DNA of 64,000 bases. Source: an uncultured Pelagibacteraceae bacterium (GTDB lineage Bacteria; Pseudomonadota; Alphaproteobacteria; Pelagibacterales; Pelagibacteraceae). Below are positions 11,933-21,859 of the stretch, in pieces. A program made the position numbers and the translations under genes. The first letter of the stretch is position 1, and the number at the start of each line of letters is the position of its first letter. Under the pieces are notes generated by a model, which was not told where the DNA came from, made no database searches, and saw only the letters and a list, made by a program, of their open reading frames with translations. The stretch is from NCBI GenBank assembly GCA_902608305.1, contig CACLNK010000001.1:12244-76243 (forward strand), in the 5' to 3' direction.

Positions 11933-12607
11933 CTAAATAATTGATAAAAATCTTTTCGAGAAATTTTCTAATTTTTGGGAATATTTTTTTGAATCACTGG
12001 TAAATTTATTAAATGCAACAACTGCTGGAATTGCAGCTAAAAGACCCAATGCAGTTGCAAACAATGCTTCAGCAATTCCTGGTGCAACGATTGCTAAACT
12101 TGTATTTCTTGAAATTGCGATTGATTGAAAAGAATTCATGATTCCCCATACTGTTCCAAATAATCCAATAAAAGGTGCTGTCGATCCTACTGTTGCAAGA
12201 AATGTATATTTTTTCTCAATTATTTCCATTTGTTGTTCAATATTGATTTCTAACATATTGGACATTTTTTCATCAAGGGTAGAACTTCTTTTAGATTTTA
12301 GTAATACTTGCATAGAATTTTTAAATACATTTGTCATTGGATCTGCAACGTTAGTTGGTAGATTGTTGTAAAAAGATTCTGCTGATTTAGATTTCCAAAA
12401 CTTATTTTCAAAATCTTGACTACTTAAATTGATTCTCTTAAATAATTGTATTTTTTCAAAAATAATTGCCCATGAATAAATTGAACTTACAATTAAAATA
12501 ATTATTACACTTTTGACTATAATATCCGCTCTAATAAACAGTTGTAATATAGAAAAATCTGTACTACTGGCTAAACCAACTGCTTGTGAAGTAATATCTG
12601 CTTCCAT
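11933..12607 (-). CDS. tolQ: TolQ
   Basis: APFIGLFGTVWGIMNSF, VAPGIAEALFATA. Confidence 0.97.
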   Translation of the reverse strand: MEADITSQAVGLASSTDFSILQLFIRADIIVKSVIIILIVSSIYSWAIIFEKIQLFKRINLSSQDFENKFWKSKSAESFYNNLPTNVADPMTNVFKNSMQVLLKSKRSSTLDEKMSNMLEINIEQQMEIIEKKYTFLATVGSTAPFIGLFGTVWGIMNSFQSIAISRNTSLAIVAPGIAEALFATALGLLAAIPAVVAFNKFTSDSKKYSQKLENFSKRFLSII

Positions 12608-12659
12608 TATGGATGATTCACATTAAAATGTGTCATGAATTTGTCTTTTTTTTAACTGT

Positions 12660-13154
12660 CTAGTCTTCAGATTTATAAGTTTCATAGAAAAAACTGGAAA
12701 TTAAGATGGCATCAGCTTTGTTTGAGTCTTTTTTTCTAGATAGTTGTATTGAAAAATGTGGGAATATCTCTATTGCTTTAGTTCTACTTGCATCTTTTTC
12801 AGAGTTTATAAGATTAAAATATTTTTTCCATTTAGCTGGTCTTACAAAATACATTGGAATTTGCATAGCGGCACATATACCTTTTAAAACTCCAAATGAT
12901 TGTCCAAAATTAAACATACTAGTTACACCTTGACCTGGCATTGCCGCAACTTGTTCTATTACAACTTTAATATCTTTTTTTTCAAGATTTTTTATTCTTT
13001 TATGAATTTCGTGATAAATTTGAGCACCATTAACTTGTCTTTTGTTTTTTTTTCCTTCTGCCATATTGGGCATTTCTACAACATCAATAATTTTCCCATC
13101 TTCAAAAAAACATATTGAACCTGTGATTCCTGGATCAATTCCAATAATAAGCAT
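12660..13154 (-). CDS. RuvC-fold Holliday junction resolvase, phage/MOC1-like subtype
   Basis: IIGIDPG, VVIE, GQGVTSMFNFG, PAKWKK, ADAIL acidic catalytic residues; occupies the ruvC position after yebC. Confidence 0.82.
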   Translation of the reverse strand: MLIIGIDPGITGSICFFEDGKIIDVVEMPNMAEGKKNKRQVNGAQIYHEIHKRIKNLEKKDIKVVIEQVAAMPGQGVTSMFNFGQSFGVLKGICAAMQIPMYFVRPAKWKKYFNLINSEKDASRTKAIEIFPHFSIQLSRKKDSNKADAILISSFFYETYKSED

Positions 13155-13879
13155 TAATTACTTCCAAATTTTAAGTTTGTATAAACATGCTGAACATCAT
13201 CGTCATCCTCTAGTGTTTCCAAAAATTTTGTAGTACTTTCTATTTGTTCACCATTAACTTCAACATTATTAATCGGTATCCATTCTATTTCTGTAGAAAT
13301 AAAATTTTTGATTTTCGATTCTAATTTATTTTTTATATTGTATATTTCACTCTTTTCACAATGAATTTCATGAAAATTCTCACTTGAAATACATTCATTT
13401 GCACCAGCTTCTATTGCAAGCTCAAAAACTTTCTCGTCTGATATTTCTTTTTTATCTATTTTAATAACACCCAGCTGATTAAAATTATGTGACGCTGAGC
13501 CTTGTGTGCCCAAATTTCCTCCACTTTTTTGAAAAATAGTTCTTATGTTTGAGGCTGTTCTATTTTTATTATCTGTTAAAGATTCAACAATGATCGCTAT
13601 ATTATTTGGACCAAATCCTTCATATCTTAAACTTTCAAAATTCTCTTCTGTATTGACCGACGATTTGTCGATAGCTCTTTCTATATTATCTCTTGGCATA
13701 TTTTCTGCTCTTGCAGCTTGAATAGCAGATCTTAGTCTTGAATTCATATCGGGATCTTTATCACCTAATTTTGCAGCAACAGTAATTTCTCTTGATAGCT
13801 TAGAAAAAATTTTTGATTTTTGTTTATCAGCTTTACCTTTTTTATGTTTAATTCCTGCCCAATGAGAATGTCCTGCCAT
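13154..13879 (-). CDS. yebC: YebC/PmpR family protein
   Basis: MAGHSHWAGIKHKK, YEGFGP, TDNKNRT, LEDDDDVQHVY. Confidence 0.97.
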   Translation of the reverse strand: MAGHSHWAGIKHKKGKADKQKSKIFSKLSREITVAAKLGDKDPDMNSRLRSAIQAARAENMPRDNIERAIDKSSVNTEENFESLRYEGFGPNNIAIIVESLTDNKNRTASNIRTIFQKSGGNLGTQGSASHNFNQLGVIKIDKKEISDEKVFELAIEAGANECISSENFHEIHCEKSEIYNIKNKLESKIKNFISTEIEWIPINNVEVNGEQIESTTKFLETLEDDDDVQHVYTNLKFGSN

Positions 13880-13881
13880 AT

Positions 13882-14688
13882 TTAATGTGAATTTTTTAAA
13901 TCACCTCCAAATATAAATTGATTTATATTTGTTGCAAGACCAGTTTCTACGTTGCATTCAATAATAGATCCGCACAAACTAGCTTCTCCAGTTGCTGGGA
14001 AATGTTTTACAGAACTTTTTTTTAAAAATCTATTTATTGAATTCTCTTTATTCATTCCTATTACTGAATTATAATCTCCACACATGCCTGCATCTGTTTG
14101 ATAAGCTGTGCCTTTTTTTAAAATCATTGTATCTGAAGTTGGTACATGTGTATGAGTTCCAATCACTAAAGTAGCTTCTCCATCAAATAAATGCCCTATT
14201 GCCATTTTTTCACTTGTAATTTCTCCATGAAAATCAACAACTAAAAAATCATAATCTTTTTTTAATTTATTATTTGAAATAAATTTTTGTGCAGTTTCAA
14301 AAACGTCATCACATTTTTTCATATAAATATTGCCCATTAGATTGAGCACACCAACTTTCAATTCATTTTTTATTGTGTAAATTCCAAAACCCTTGCCTGG
14401 AGAAGTCTGTATCAAATTTTTAGGTCTTAAAAGTCTATTTTCTTTTTCAATATGTGTGCTAGTTTCTTTTTGATCCCACACATGGTTGCCTGTCGTGATT
14501 ACATTAACTCCACAAGCAAATAAATTATTTGTAATTTCTTCAGTAATACCTACTCCTTCTTTGGCTGCATTTTCTCCATTAGCAATAACAAAATCAATTT
14601 TATTTTGTTTAATTTTTTCTGGTAAATATTTTTTAATAGCATTGCAACCCGACTCACCTACTATGTCACCTAAAAAAAGAATTTTCAT
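13882..14688 (-). CDS. YmdB-family metallophosphoesterase
   Basis: GDIVG, NGENAA, TGNH, DFHGEITSEK, GTHTHVPT. Confidence 0.93.
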   Translation of the reverse strand: MKILFLGDIVGESGCNAIKKYLPEKIKQNKIDFVIANGENAAKEGVGITEEITNNLFACGVNVITTGNHVWDQKETSTHIEKENRLLRPKNLIQTSPGKGFGIYTIKNELKVGVLNLMGNIYMKKCDDVFETAQKFISNNKLKKDYDFLVVDFHGEITSEKMAIGHLFDGEATLVIGTHTHVPTSDTMILKKGTAYQTDAGMCGDYNSVIGMNKENSINRFLKKSSVKHFPATGEASLCGSIIECNVETGLATNINQFIFGGDLKNSH

Positions 14689-15233
14689 TGTAAAACATTT
14701 TTATTTGTTATTATATAATCTAATTTTTGGTCATACTTTGACACTGGTATAGAAAATAATTCTTGAAAATCAAAGGCCAGCCCTATTGTTATGATTTTTT
14801 TTTTTTTTTTTAAAGACTGTATAAGTCGATCATAATATCCAGCACCATAACCCAGTCGATTTAAATTTTTATCAAAAGCTACTAATGGAACTAATATGAT
14901 ATCTGGATAAACAACTTTTCCCATACTTGGTTCTGGTATTCCATATTGATTAAGAACAAAAGGCTCATTTAGCGAACATTTAATAAAGTTCATTTTAAAA
15001 TTGTTCTTAATAGCTGGTAATGAGATCTTAATTTTTTTTTTCTCAAATTGTCTAAGAATATCTAAATCACCTATCTCATGATTTACTGGATAATAGCCTC
15101 CAATAATTTTTTTTCTTAAATTAGTTATTTTGTTTAATAACTTGTAAACATTGTTAAATTTAATCTGAATATTGTTTGTATTTCTATTTTTTCTAATTTT
15201 TATAATTTTTTTTCTGATTTTAGATTTTAACAC
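14685..15233 (-). CDS. ygfA: 5-formyltetrahydrofolate cyclo-ligase
   Basis: GIPEP, LVPLVAFD, RLGYGAGYYDR. Confidence 0.95.
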   Translation of the reverse strand: MLKSKIRKKIIKIRKNRNTNNIQIKFNNVYKLLNKITNLRKKIIGGYYPVNHEIGDLDILRQFEKKKIKISLPAIKNNFKMNFIKCSLNEPFVLNQYGIPEPSMGKVVYPDIILVPLVAFDKNLNRLGYGAGYYDRLIQSLKKKKKIITIGLAFDFQELFSIPVSKYDQKLDYIITNKNVLQ

Positions 15234-15239
15234 AACTTA

Positions 15240-15686
15240 TTACTGAATTTGATTGTTTAAATTTGCTTTTTGAATGAAATTTTCAATCTTATCAGCTGCG
15301 TCATCAATTATTTTTTCGTAAACTTCTTTATTCTTTTCTATTTCTTCTTTAAAGTTTGTTTGATTATTCGTTAAAACTTTAATTTCCTTTTCTTTGATAT
15401 CTTTGTATTCATAAACTAAAGATTTTAACTCCTTAAATTTATTAGACAAATCATTTAACTCCTTTTTTTTTTCGTCAATTTTTTTCTTTGTTTCAAAATA
15501 TTCATCCATTATTTTAATAGAGGTAATAAGTAACAATTTATTCTCGCCAATATTACCTAATTCAGATTTTAAATGAGCAAATTTTTTGTTTAGATGTTCT
15601 GATAATTCTCCAAGATGTTCTTCTTGTCCATCATCACACGATAAAAGGAATTCTTTTCCATTAAAATTAATATTTACATTTGCCAT
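15240..15686 (-). CDS. zapA: Cell division protein ZapA
   Basis: VNINFNGKEFLLSCDDGQEEHL N-terminus plus coiled coil; between tkt and ygfA. Confidence 0.85.
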   Translation of the reverse strand: MANVNINFNGKEFLLSCDDGQEEHLGELSEHLNKKFAHLKSELGNIGENKLLLITSIKIMDEYFETKKKIDEKKKELNDLSNKFKELKSLVYEYKDIKEKEIKVLTNNQTNFKEEIEKNKEVYEKIIDDAADKIENFIQKANLNNQIQ

Positions 15687-15994
15687 TTGTCAATTTCCTC
15701 AAGCAGAGTATCTGTTTCCTGATTTAATTCATCTATTTTCTCAGAAAACTCGTTCGCTTTTGATTGTTCATTATTTTTTTGTTTTTTATAGTTATCTAGT
15801 TCCTGTTTAATTTTTTCATATTCCTTAATAAGTTCTTCGTATTTATTTGTAATTTCTTTTTTTTCAATTTCTAATTGATTTTTCTGATAATTTAAATGTT
15901 GTAAATTTTCTTTAAGATTTGTGTTTAAGTTCAAGCTTACTAATTTGTTTAATACCGAATTAAGTTTTTTTTCTTTTTCACTCTGAGTTTTCAT
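15674..15994 (-). CDS. Coiled-coil hypothetical protein upstream of zapA (possible ZapB/ZauP-like)
   Basis: Heptad-rich Lys/Glu/Gln sequence; start moved to ATG 15994 to avoid overlap with tkt. Confidence 0.65.
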   Translation of the reverse strand: MKTQSEKEKKLNSVLNKLVSLNLNTNLKENLQHLNYQKNQLEIEKKEITNKYEELIKEYEKIKQELDNYKKQKNNEQSKANEFSEKIDELNQETDTLLEEIDKWQM

Positions 15995-16044
15995 ATATAT
16001 ATATATTATAAAATTGATTCTTCTTAGTCTAGATAGGATAATAT

Positions 16045-18048
16045 TTGAACAAGCAACATAGAGATTTAGCAAACGCAATTAGGTTTTTATCAATTGATGC
16101 TGTTGAAAAGGCTAACTCTGGTCATCCTGGTTTGCCCATGGGAATGGCTGATGTTGCCACTATACTATTTAAATACTACCTTAAGTTTAATCCAAAAAAT
16201 CCAAACTGGATAAACAGGGATAGATTTGTTTTGTCAGCTGGTCATGGATCAATGCTTCTTTACTCGTTGTTGTACTTAACTGGCTATCAAAGCATATCAT
16301 TGAATGACATTAAAAATTTTAGGCAATTAGATTCCATTTGTGCGGGACACCCAGAATATGCTCCTAACAGTGGAATTGAAACAACGACTGGTCCTCTTGG
16401 ACAAGGAATCGCAAATGCTGTTGGGCTGGCACTTGCTGAAGAAATTTTAAAAAATAAAGTTGGGAAAAATATTATTAATCACAAAACTTATGTTTTAGCT
16501 GGTGATGGTTGTTTAATGGAAGGTATCAGTCACGAGGCATTAAGTTTAGCGGGACATTTGAAACTTAAAAATCTAATATTGCTATTTGATAATAATTCGA
16601 TTTCAATAGATGGTCCTACCAGTCTCGCAGTATCTGACAATTTTAAAAAAAGATTTGAAAGCTATGGTTGGGATTACTTAGATATAAATGGACATGATGA
16701 AAAACAAATTTTTAAAGCACTAAAAAAAGCTCAAAAAGCAAAAAAACCTTTTGCCATTTCATGCAAAACAACAATTGGTTATGGCTCACCTAATAAAGGT
16801 GGTAAAGCGTCATCTCATGGAAGTCCTCTTGGTGAAGATGAAATTAATTTAGTTAGAAAAAAATTAAATTGGAATTATAAATCCTTCGAAATTCCAGATG
16901 AAATTAAAAAAGAGTGGAAAAAAATTGGTGAAAAAGCATCAGCATATGCTGAAAAACATGAGGCTAAATATCAAAAGAGAATAAATAAAATGGGATGGTT
17001 GGGATGGTCATTGACAAGACATTTTAAAAATAATTATCCCCCGGGTTTTAAAAATCATAAGAATGAAATTCATTCATCAATTAAAAAAGTAAAAAAGAAC
17101 TATTTAAAAAGTTTGAATCCTATCGCAACAAGAAAATCATCGGAAATGTTTTTGGAATTAATTACATCACTACCAAATTTAATTGGTGGATCAGCTGACC
17201 TAACTGGTTCAAATAATACAAAAACTAAATATCATAAAATAATTAAGCCAGGAAATTTTAAAGGAAACTATATACATTACGGAGTTAGAGAACATGCCAT
17301 GTGTGGTATTATGAATGGTCTTGCTCTACACTCAGGTCTAATACCTTATGGTGGAACTTTTTTAATATTTAGCGATTATTGTAAACCAGCAATTAGATTA
17401 GCTGCTTTAATGAAACAAAGAGTGATTTATGTAATGAGTCATGATTCAATAGGTCTTGGTGAAGACGGACCAACCCACCAACCGATAGAACATTTAGCTA
17501 GTTTAAGATCTGTTCCTAATTTAAATGTTTTAAGACCAGCAGATGCCGTGGAAACTTTTGAGTGCTGGCAGTTGGCTTTAGAAAAACAAGATACTCCTAG
17601 TATTATCGCTTTAACTAGACAAAAAATTAACCCTGTTAGAAAAGAATTTTCTGAAGAAAATAAATGTTCTTATGGAGCCTATGAAGTTTTGAGGACAAAT
17701 GAAAAAATAGATTTAACTATATTGGCAACTGGGTCTGAAGTTGCTTTAGCTTGTAAAATAAGTCATAAATTGGCCACAGAAAATACTTATTCAAAAGTTA
17801 TATCCATGCCTTGTCATGAAATATTTGATGATCAAAATAAAGAATATAAAGATAAAATTTTGAATGAAACTTCAATTAAAGTTTCCATAGAGGCGGCCAC
17901 TAAAGATTATTGGAAAAAATATGTTGGAGAAAATGGTTTAACTTTCGGAATAAACGATTTTGGAAAAAGCGCACCATACAAGGATATATATAATCATTTT
18001 AATTTAACGACTGAAAATATACTAAATAAAATTAAAAAAATAATATGA
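16045..18048 (+). CDS. tkt: Transketolase
   Basis: SGHPG, DRFVLSAGHGS, GDGCLMEG, YGVREHAM, GEDGPTHQP. Confidence 0.98.
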   Translation: MNKQHRDLANAIRFLSIDAVEKANSGHPGLPMGMADVATILFKYYLKFNPKNPNWINRDRFVLSAGHGSMLLYSLLYLTGYQSISLNDIKNFRQLDSICAGHPEYAPNSGIETTTGPLGQGIANAVGLALAEEILKNKVGKNIINHKTYVLAGDGCLMEGISHEALSLAGHLKLKNLILLFDNNSISIDGPTSLAVSDNFKKRFESYGWDYLDINGHDEKQIFKALKKAQKAKKPFAISCKTTIGYGSPNKGGKASSHGSPLGEDEINLVRKKLNWNYKSFEIPDEIKKEWKKIGEKASAYAEKHEAKYQKRINKMGWLGWSLTRHFKNNYPPGFKNHKNEIHSSIKKVKKNYLKSLNPIATRKSSEMFLELITSLPNLIGGSADLTGSNNTKTKYHKIIKPGNFKGNYIHYGVREHAMCGIMNGLALHSGLIPYGGTFLIFSDYCKPAIRLAALMKQRVIYVMSHDSIGLGEDGPTHQPIEHLASLRSVPNLNVLRPADAVETFECWQLALEKQDTPSIIALTRQKINPVRKEFSEENKCSYGAYEVLRTNEKIDLTILATGSEVALACKISHKLATENTYSKVISMPCHEIFDDQNKEYKDKILNETSIKVSIEAATKDYWKKYVGENGLTFGINDFGKSAPYKDIYNHFNLTTENILNKIKKII

Positions 18049-19049
18049 CAATAAAAATTGGAATTAATGGTTTGGGTAGAATTGGCAGAATGGTCATTAG
18101 ATCTCTTGTTGAAAATAAAAATAAAAACATAGAAATTAAACATATAAACAATAAAACTAATTCTGAAACTAGTAGCCTTTTATTAAAATATGATTCTGTT
18201 CATGGAAAGTTGAATTCGAATATTAATTACAATAAAAATAATTTAATAATAAATAAAAAAAAAATATCATTTTCTCAAGAAACTGAGTTAAGCAAAATTA
18301 ATTGGAAAAAATATGGTGTAGATATAGTTCTAGAGTGTACTGGAAAATATAATTCAAAAGAAAAATGTATTCAGCATATAAAAAATGGAGCAAAAAAAGT
18401 CATTGTTTCGGCCCCTTGTAAAAATGCTGATAAAACTATTGTTTATGGCGTAAACCATAAAACCATAAATAAAAACGATTTAATAATTTCTGCAGCCTCT
18501 TGCACTACAAATTGCTTTGCGCCAGTTGCATTTGTAATTAACAAAGAATTTAAAATAGAAAAAGGTTTTATGTCCACTATTCATTCTTATACATCTGACC
18601 AAAGATTATTAGACAATTCTCACAAAGATCCAAGACGTGCTAGATCTGCTGGACAATCAATTGTTCCAACTTCTACTGGTGCATCAAAGGCACTTGGAGA
18701 AATTATTCCAGAATTAAAAGGAAAACTTGGAGGTCTTGCAATGAGAGTACCAACACCAAATGTTTCATTGGTAGATTTTGTTTTCAATTCTAAAAATAAA
18801 TTATCTGTTAAAAAAATTAATGATTCTTTTATAAAAGCATCAAATAAAGAATTAAAAAATGTTCTTGATACAACTAACGAAAGATTGGTTTCAGTTGATT
18901 TTAACCATAACCCTAATTCAGCTATCGTAGATTTATCTTTAACTAGCGTTGTGGGTGATAATATGGGTAAAGTTTATTCTTGGTACGACAATGAATGGGG
19001 CTTTGCTTCAAGGATGAATGATTTAGTTGAATATATTCATAAAATTTAA
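18045..19049 (+). CDS. gap: Glyceraldehyde-3-phosphate dehydrogenase (GAPDH/Epd family)
   Basis: GINGLGRIGR, ASCTTNC, RVPTPNVS, WYDNEWG. Confidence 0.93.
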   Translation: MTIKIGINGLGRIGRMVIRSLVENKNKNIEIKHINNKTNSETSSLLLKYDSVHGKLNSNINYNKNNLIINKKKISFSQETELSKINWKKYGVDIVLECTGKYNSKEKCIQHIKNGAKKVIVSAPCKNADKTIVYGVNHKTINKNDLIISAASCTTNCFAPVAFVINKEFKIEKGFMSTIHSYTSDQRLLDNSHKDPRRARSAGQSIVPTSTGASKALGEIIPELKGKLGGLAMRVPTPNVSLVDFVFNSKNKLSVKKINDSFIKASNKELKNVLDTTNERLVSVDFNHNPNSAIVDLSLTSVVGDNMGKVYSWYDNEWGFASRMNDLVEYIHKI

Positions 19050-19055
19050 ATTTTA

Positions 19056-20237
19056 ATGAATAAGATCACAGATCAAAATTTAATATTACAAGGTAAAAAA
19101 GTATTGCTAAGAGTTGACTTGAACGTTCCAATGAAAAATAGAGCAATAACAGAAACTTCAAGAATAGAAAAAATATTACCAACAATAAAATTATTAATAG
19201 AAAAAAAAGCTAAAATAATTATATTGTCTCATATTGGTCGTCCAAAAGGAAAAGTTGTGAGTGAAATGTCTTTAGAGCCTATTTCAAAAAAACTATCACA
19301 ATATTTAAATAAAGAAGTTTTATTTAATAAAAATAAAATTAATGAAAATACCATTTCTGAAATAAATAAAGTTTCTAATGGTTCTATTATGATGTTAGAA
19401 AATATTCGCTTCAATGAAGGAGAAGAAACTAATGACAAAGAATTTTCAAAAAAAATTTCAACTCTAGGTGATATATATGTCAATGATGCATTTTCTTGTT
19501 CTCATAGAGCTCATGCTTCAATTGATGGAATTACAAAATATCTCCCTTCATATTTTGGCTTGCAAATTACTGAGGAAATCAATGCGCTTAAAAAAATAAC
19601 TTCAAAAATAAAAAATCCAATAACGCTTATCATTGGAGGTTCAAAAATTTCAACTAAAATTAAAATCATAAAAAATTTAATAAAAAAATTTGATAATATA
19701 ATTATTGTTGGGGGAATGGCTAATACAATGCTAAAATATACCGGTTCAAATATAGGAAAATCAATTTATGAGCATGGTTGTGAAAACTTAATAAAGGAAA
19801 TTTTAGAAAAATCTAAATTATATAATTGTCAAATTAATTGCCCAATAGATGTTGTTGTTGCAAAAAACTTGGACGGACCAGGAAAAAATAAGAATATTAA
19901 AGAAGTAGAAGAAGATGATTTAATATTAGACATTGGATCAAAAACAATTTTGTCTATTAAAGAAATAATTAATAATTCAAATACTGTCTTGTGGAATGGT
20001 CCTGCTGGATATTTTGAAAATCCAAATTTTGAAAATGGCACAAAAAAAATTTTAGAAATAATTAAAGAAAAAAATACAAAAAATAAAATTTTTTCTGTAG
20101 CAGGAGGAGGAGAAACGGTTGCGGCTATAAATAAATTTAATAATTTAAATTCATTCACATTTGTTTCAACTGCTGGTGGAGCCTTTTTAGAATTTCTTGA
20201 AGGCAAAACTTTACCTGGTATAAAAGCATTAAATTAA
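19056..20237 (+). CDS. pgk: Phosphoglycerate kinase
   Basis: RVDLNVP, SHIGRP, LENIRF, WNGPAG, STAGGAFLE. Confidence 0.98.
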   Translation: MNKITDQNLILQGKKVLLRVDLNVPMKNRAITETSRIEKILPTIKLLIEKKAKIIILSHIGRPKGKVVSEMSLEPISKKLSQYLNKEVLFNKNKINENTISEINKVSNGSIMMLENIRFNEGEETNDKEFSKKISTLGDIYVNDAFSCSHRAHASIDGITKYLPSYFGLQITEEINALKKITSKIKNPITLIIGGSKISTKIKIIKNLIKKFDNIIIVGGMANTMLKYTGSNIGKSIYEHGCENLIKEILEKSKLYNCQINCPIDVVVAKNLDGPGKNKNIKEVEEDDLILDIGSKTILSIKEIINNSNTVLWNGPAGYFENPNFENGTKKILEIIKEKNTKNKIFSVAGGGETVAAINKFNNLNSFTFVSTAGGAFLEFLEGKTLPGIKALN

Positions 20238-20238
20238 A

Positions 20239-21249
20239 ATGTCCGAATTAAACAAAATTGCACTAAAAATAATTTCTAATGGCAAAGGAATTCTAGCCAC
20301 GGATGAAAGTACTGGAACAATGACTAAAAGACTTGAAAGTGTCCAAGTTCCTTCAACTTCTGAAAATCGACTGTCATTTAGAGAAACTCTTTTTTCATCA
20401 TCAAGCATGAAAAATTGCATCGGTGGAGTAATTCTTTATGATGAAACCATTAAACAAGTTTCTAAATCAAAAAAAAATATTCCTGAATTAATTGCTGAAA
20501 CTGGAGCAGTTCCAGGTATTAAAGTTGATACAGGAGCAAAAGTTTTGTCAAATTCTATTAATGAAAAAATTACAGAAGGGCTTGATGGATTAAGAGAACG
20601 TTTAAAAGAATATTACAAACTTGGCGCAAGATTTACTAAATGGAGAGCTGTTTATATAATTTCTGAAAAATATCCTAGCAAATTATCTATTCATTCTAAT
20701 GCTCATGCTCTAGCAAGATATGCTGCTTTAGTTCAAGAATCTGGAATGGTACCAATTGTTGAACCAGAAGTATTAATGGATGGAAATCATAATGCTGAAG
20801 CGTGCTTTAAAAAAACTTCTGAAGTTATAAAAAAATGTTTTGAAGAACTATTTTTTCATAAAGTAGAACTTAATGGAACAATCCTTAAACCAAATATGAT
20901 TTTACCGGGAACAAATTCAGGTCAAAAAATTGATAATAAAGAAATTGCTGAAATGACTATCAAATGTCTTAAAGAATCAGTGCCGCCTGAAGTACCAGGA
21001 ATAGCTTTTTTGTCTGGTGGCCAATCTGAAAGAGATGCTACAAAAAACTTAAATCTTATCAACATTCACAATAATACAAATTTCATAATGACATATTCTT
21101 ACGGAAGAGCTTTACAACAGAGTGCTCTAAAATTTTGGTCTAAAAACATAAAAGATGTCGAAAATACTCAAAAAATCTTTAATCATAGAGCTAATATGAA
21201 TTCCCTTGCTGCTCAAGGAAAATGGACAGAAGAGATTGATAAAGTCTAA
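20239..21249 (+). CDS. Fructose-bisphosphate aldolase class I
   Basis: KGILATDES, GIKVD, KWRAV, VPIVEPE, LKPNM Schiff-base Lys, FLSGGQSE. Confidence 0.96.
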   Translation: MSELNKIALKIISNGKGILATDESTGTMTKRLESVQVPSTSENRLSFRETLFSSSSMKNCIGGVILYDETIKQVSKSKKNIPELIAETGAVPGIKVDTGAKVLSNSINEKITEGLDGLRERLKEYYKLGARFTKWRAVYIISEKYPSKLSIHSNAHALARYAALVQESGMVPIVEPEVLMDGNHNAEACFKKTSEVIKKCFEELFFHKVELNGTILKPNMILPGTNSGQKIDNKEIAEMTIKCLKESVPPEVPGIAFLSGGQSERDATKNLNLINIHNNTNFIMTYSYGRALQQSALKFWSKNIKDVENTQKIFNHRANMNSLAAQGKWTEEIDKV

Positions 21250-21859
21250 AATTAATAAAAGTTTTATTTATTTAATTTCTCCAAACAAAATTAAAAACAA
21301 TTATTTTTATATAGATATAGAAAAAATGTTCAAAACTAAGAAAATTAGTTTTTTTCAATTAAGACTAAAAAATCATAGTCTAAAAGATAAAATGAAAATA
21401 GGAAAAAAAATACTTAAAATTTGTAAAAAAAATAAGGTAAAATTCATTGTGAATGACGATCCTTTATTTGCAAAAAAAGTAATGGCTGATGGTTGTCATT
21501 TAGGACAAAAAGATATGGATTATAGAAAGGCTAGAAAAATATTAGGTAAAAAAATTATTGGCGTTACTTGTCATAATTCAAAAAAATTAATTAAAAAAGC
21601 AATAAAAAATAAAGCAAATTACATTGCATTAGGTGCTTTTTTTCCAACAAAGACTAAGCTTGTCAAATACCGCGCGAATATCAAAACTTTAAAATGGGCA
21701 AAAAAAACAACTAATATTCCTATTGTAGCAATAGGTGGTATAAAATTTGATAATTATAATAAACTTTTATTGAATAAAGCAAACTTTTTAGCTATTTCAA
21801 GCTACATTTGGAATAATAAAAAATACAAACCATTAGAAGCTATAAATAAATTAAAATGA
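21236..21859 (+). CDS. thiE: Thiamine-phosphate synthase family protein
   Basis: QLRLK, VNDD, GCHLGQKD, FFPTKTK, VAIGGI; start uncertain (21206 or TTG 21236). Confidence 0.88.
   Translation: MIKSKINKSFIYLISPNKIKNNYFYIDIEKMFKTKKISFFQLRLKNHSLKDKMKIGKKILKICKKNKVKFIVNDDPLFAKKVMADGCHLGQKDMDYRKARKILGKKIIGVTCHNSKKLIKKAIKNKANYIALGAFFPTKTKLVKYRANIKTLKWAKKTTNIPIVAIGGIKFDNYNKLLLNKANFLAISSYIWNNKKYKPLEAINKLK

Noticed and set aside
15995-16078. (AT)n run and extended N-terminus of ORF 15674..16078
   Set aside because: Short low-complexity promoter DNA; the extension overlaps tkt and is unlikely to be coding
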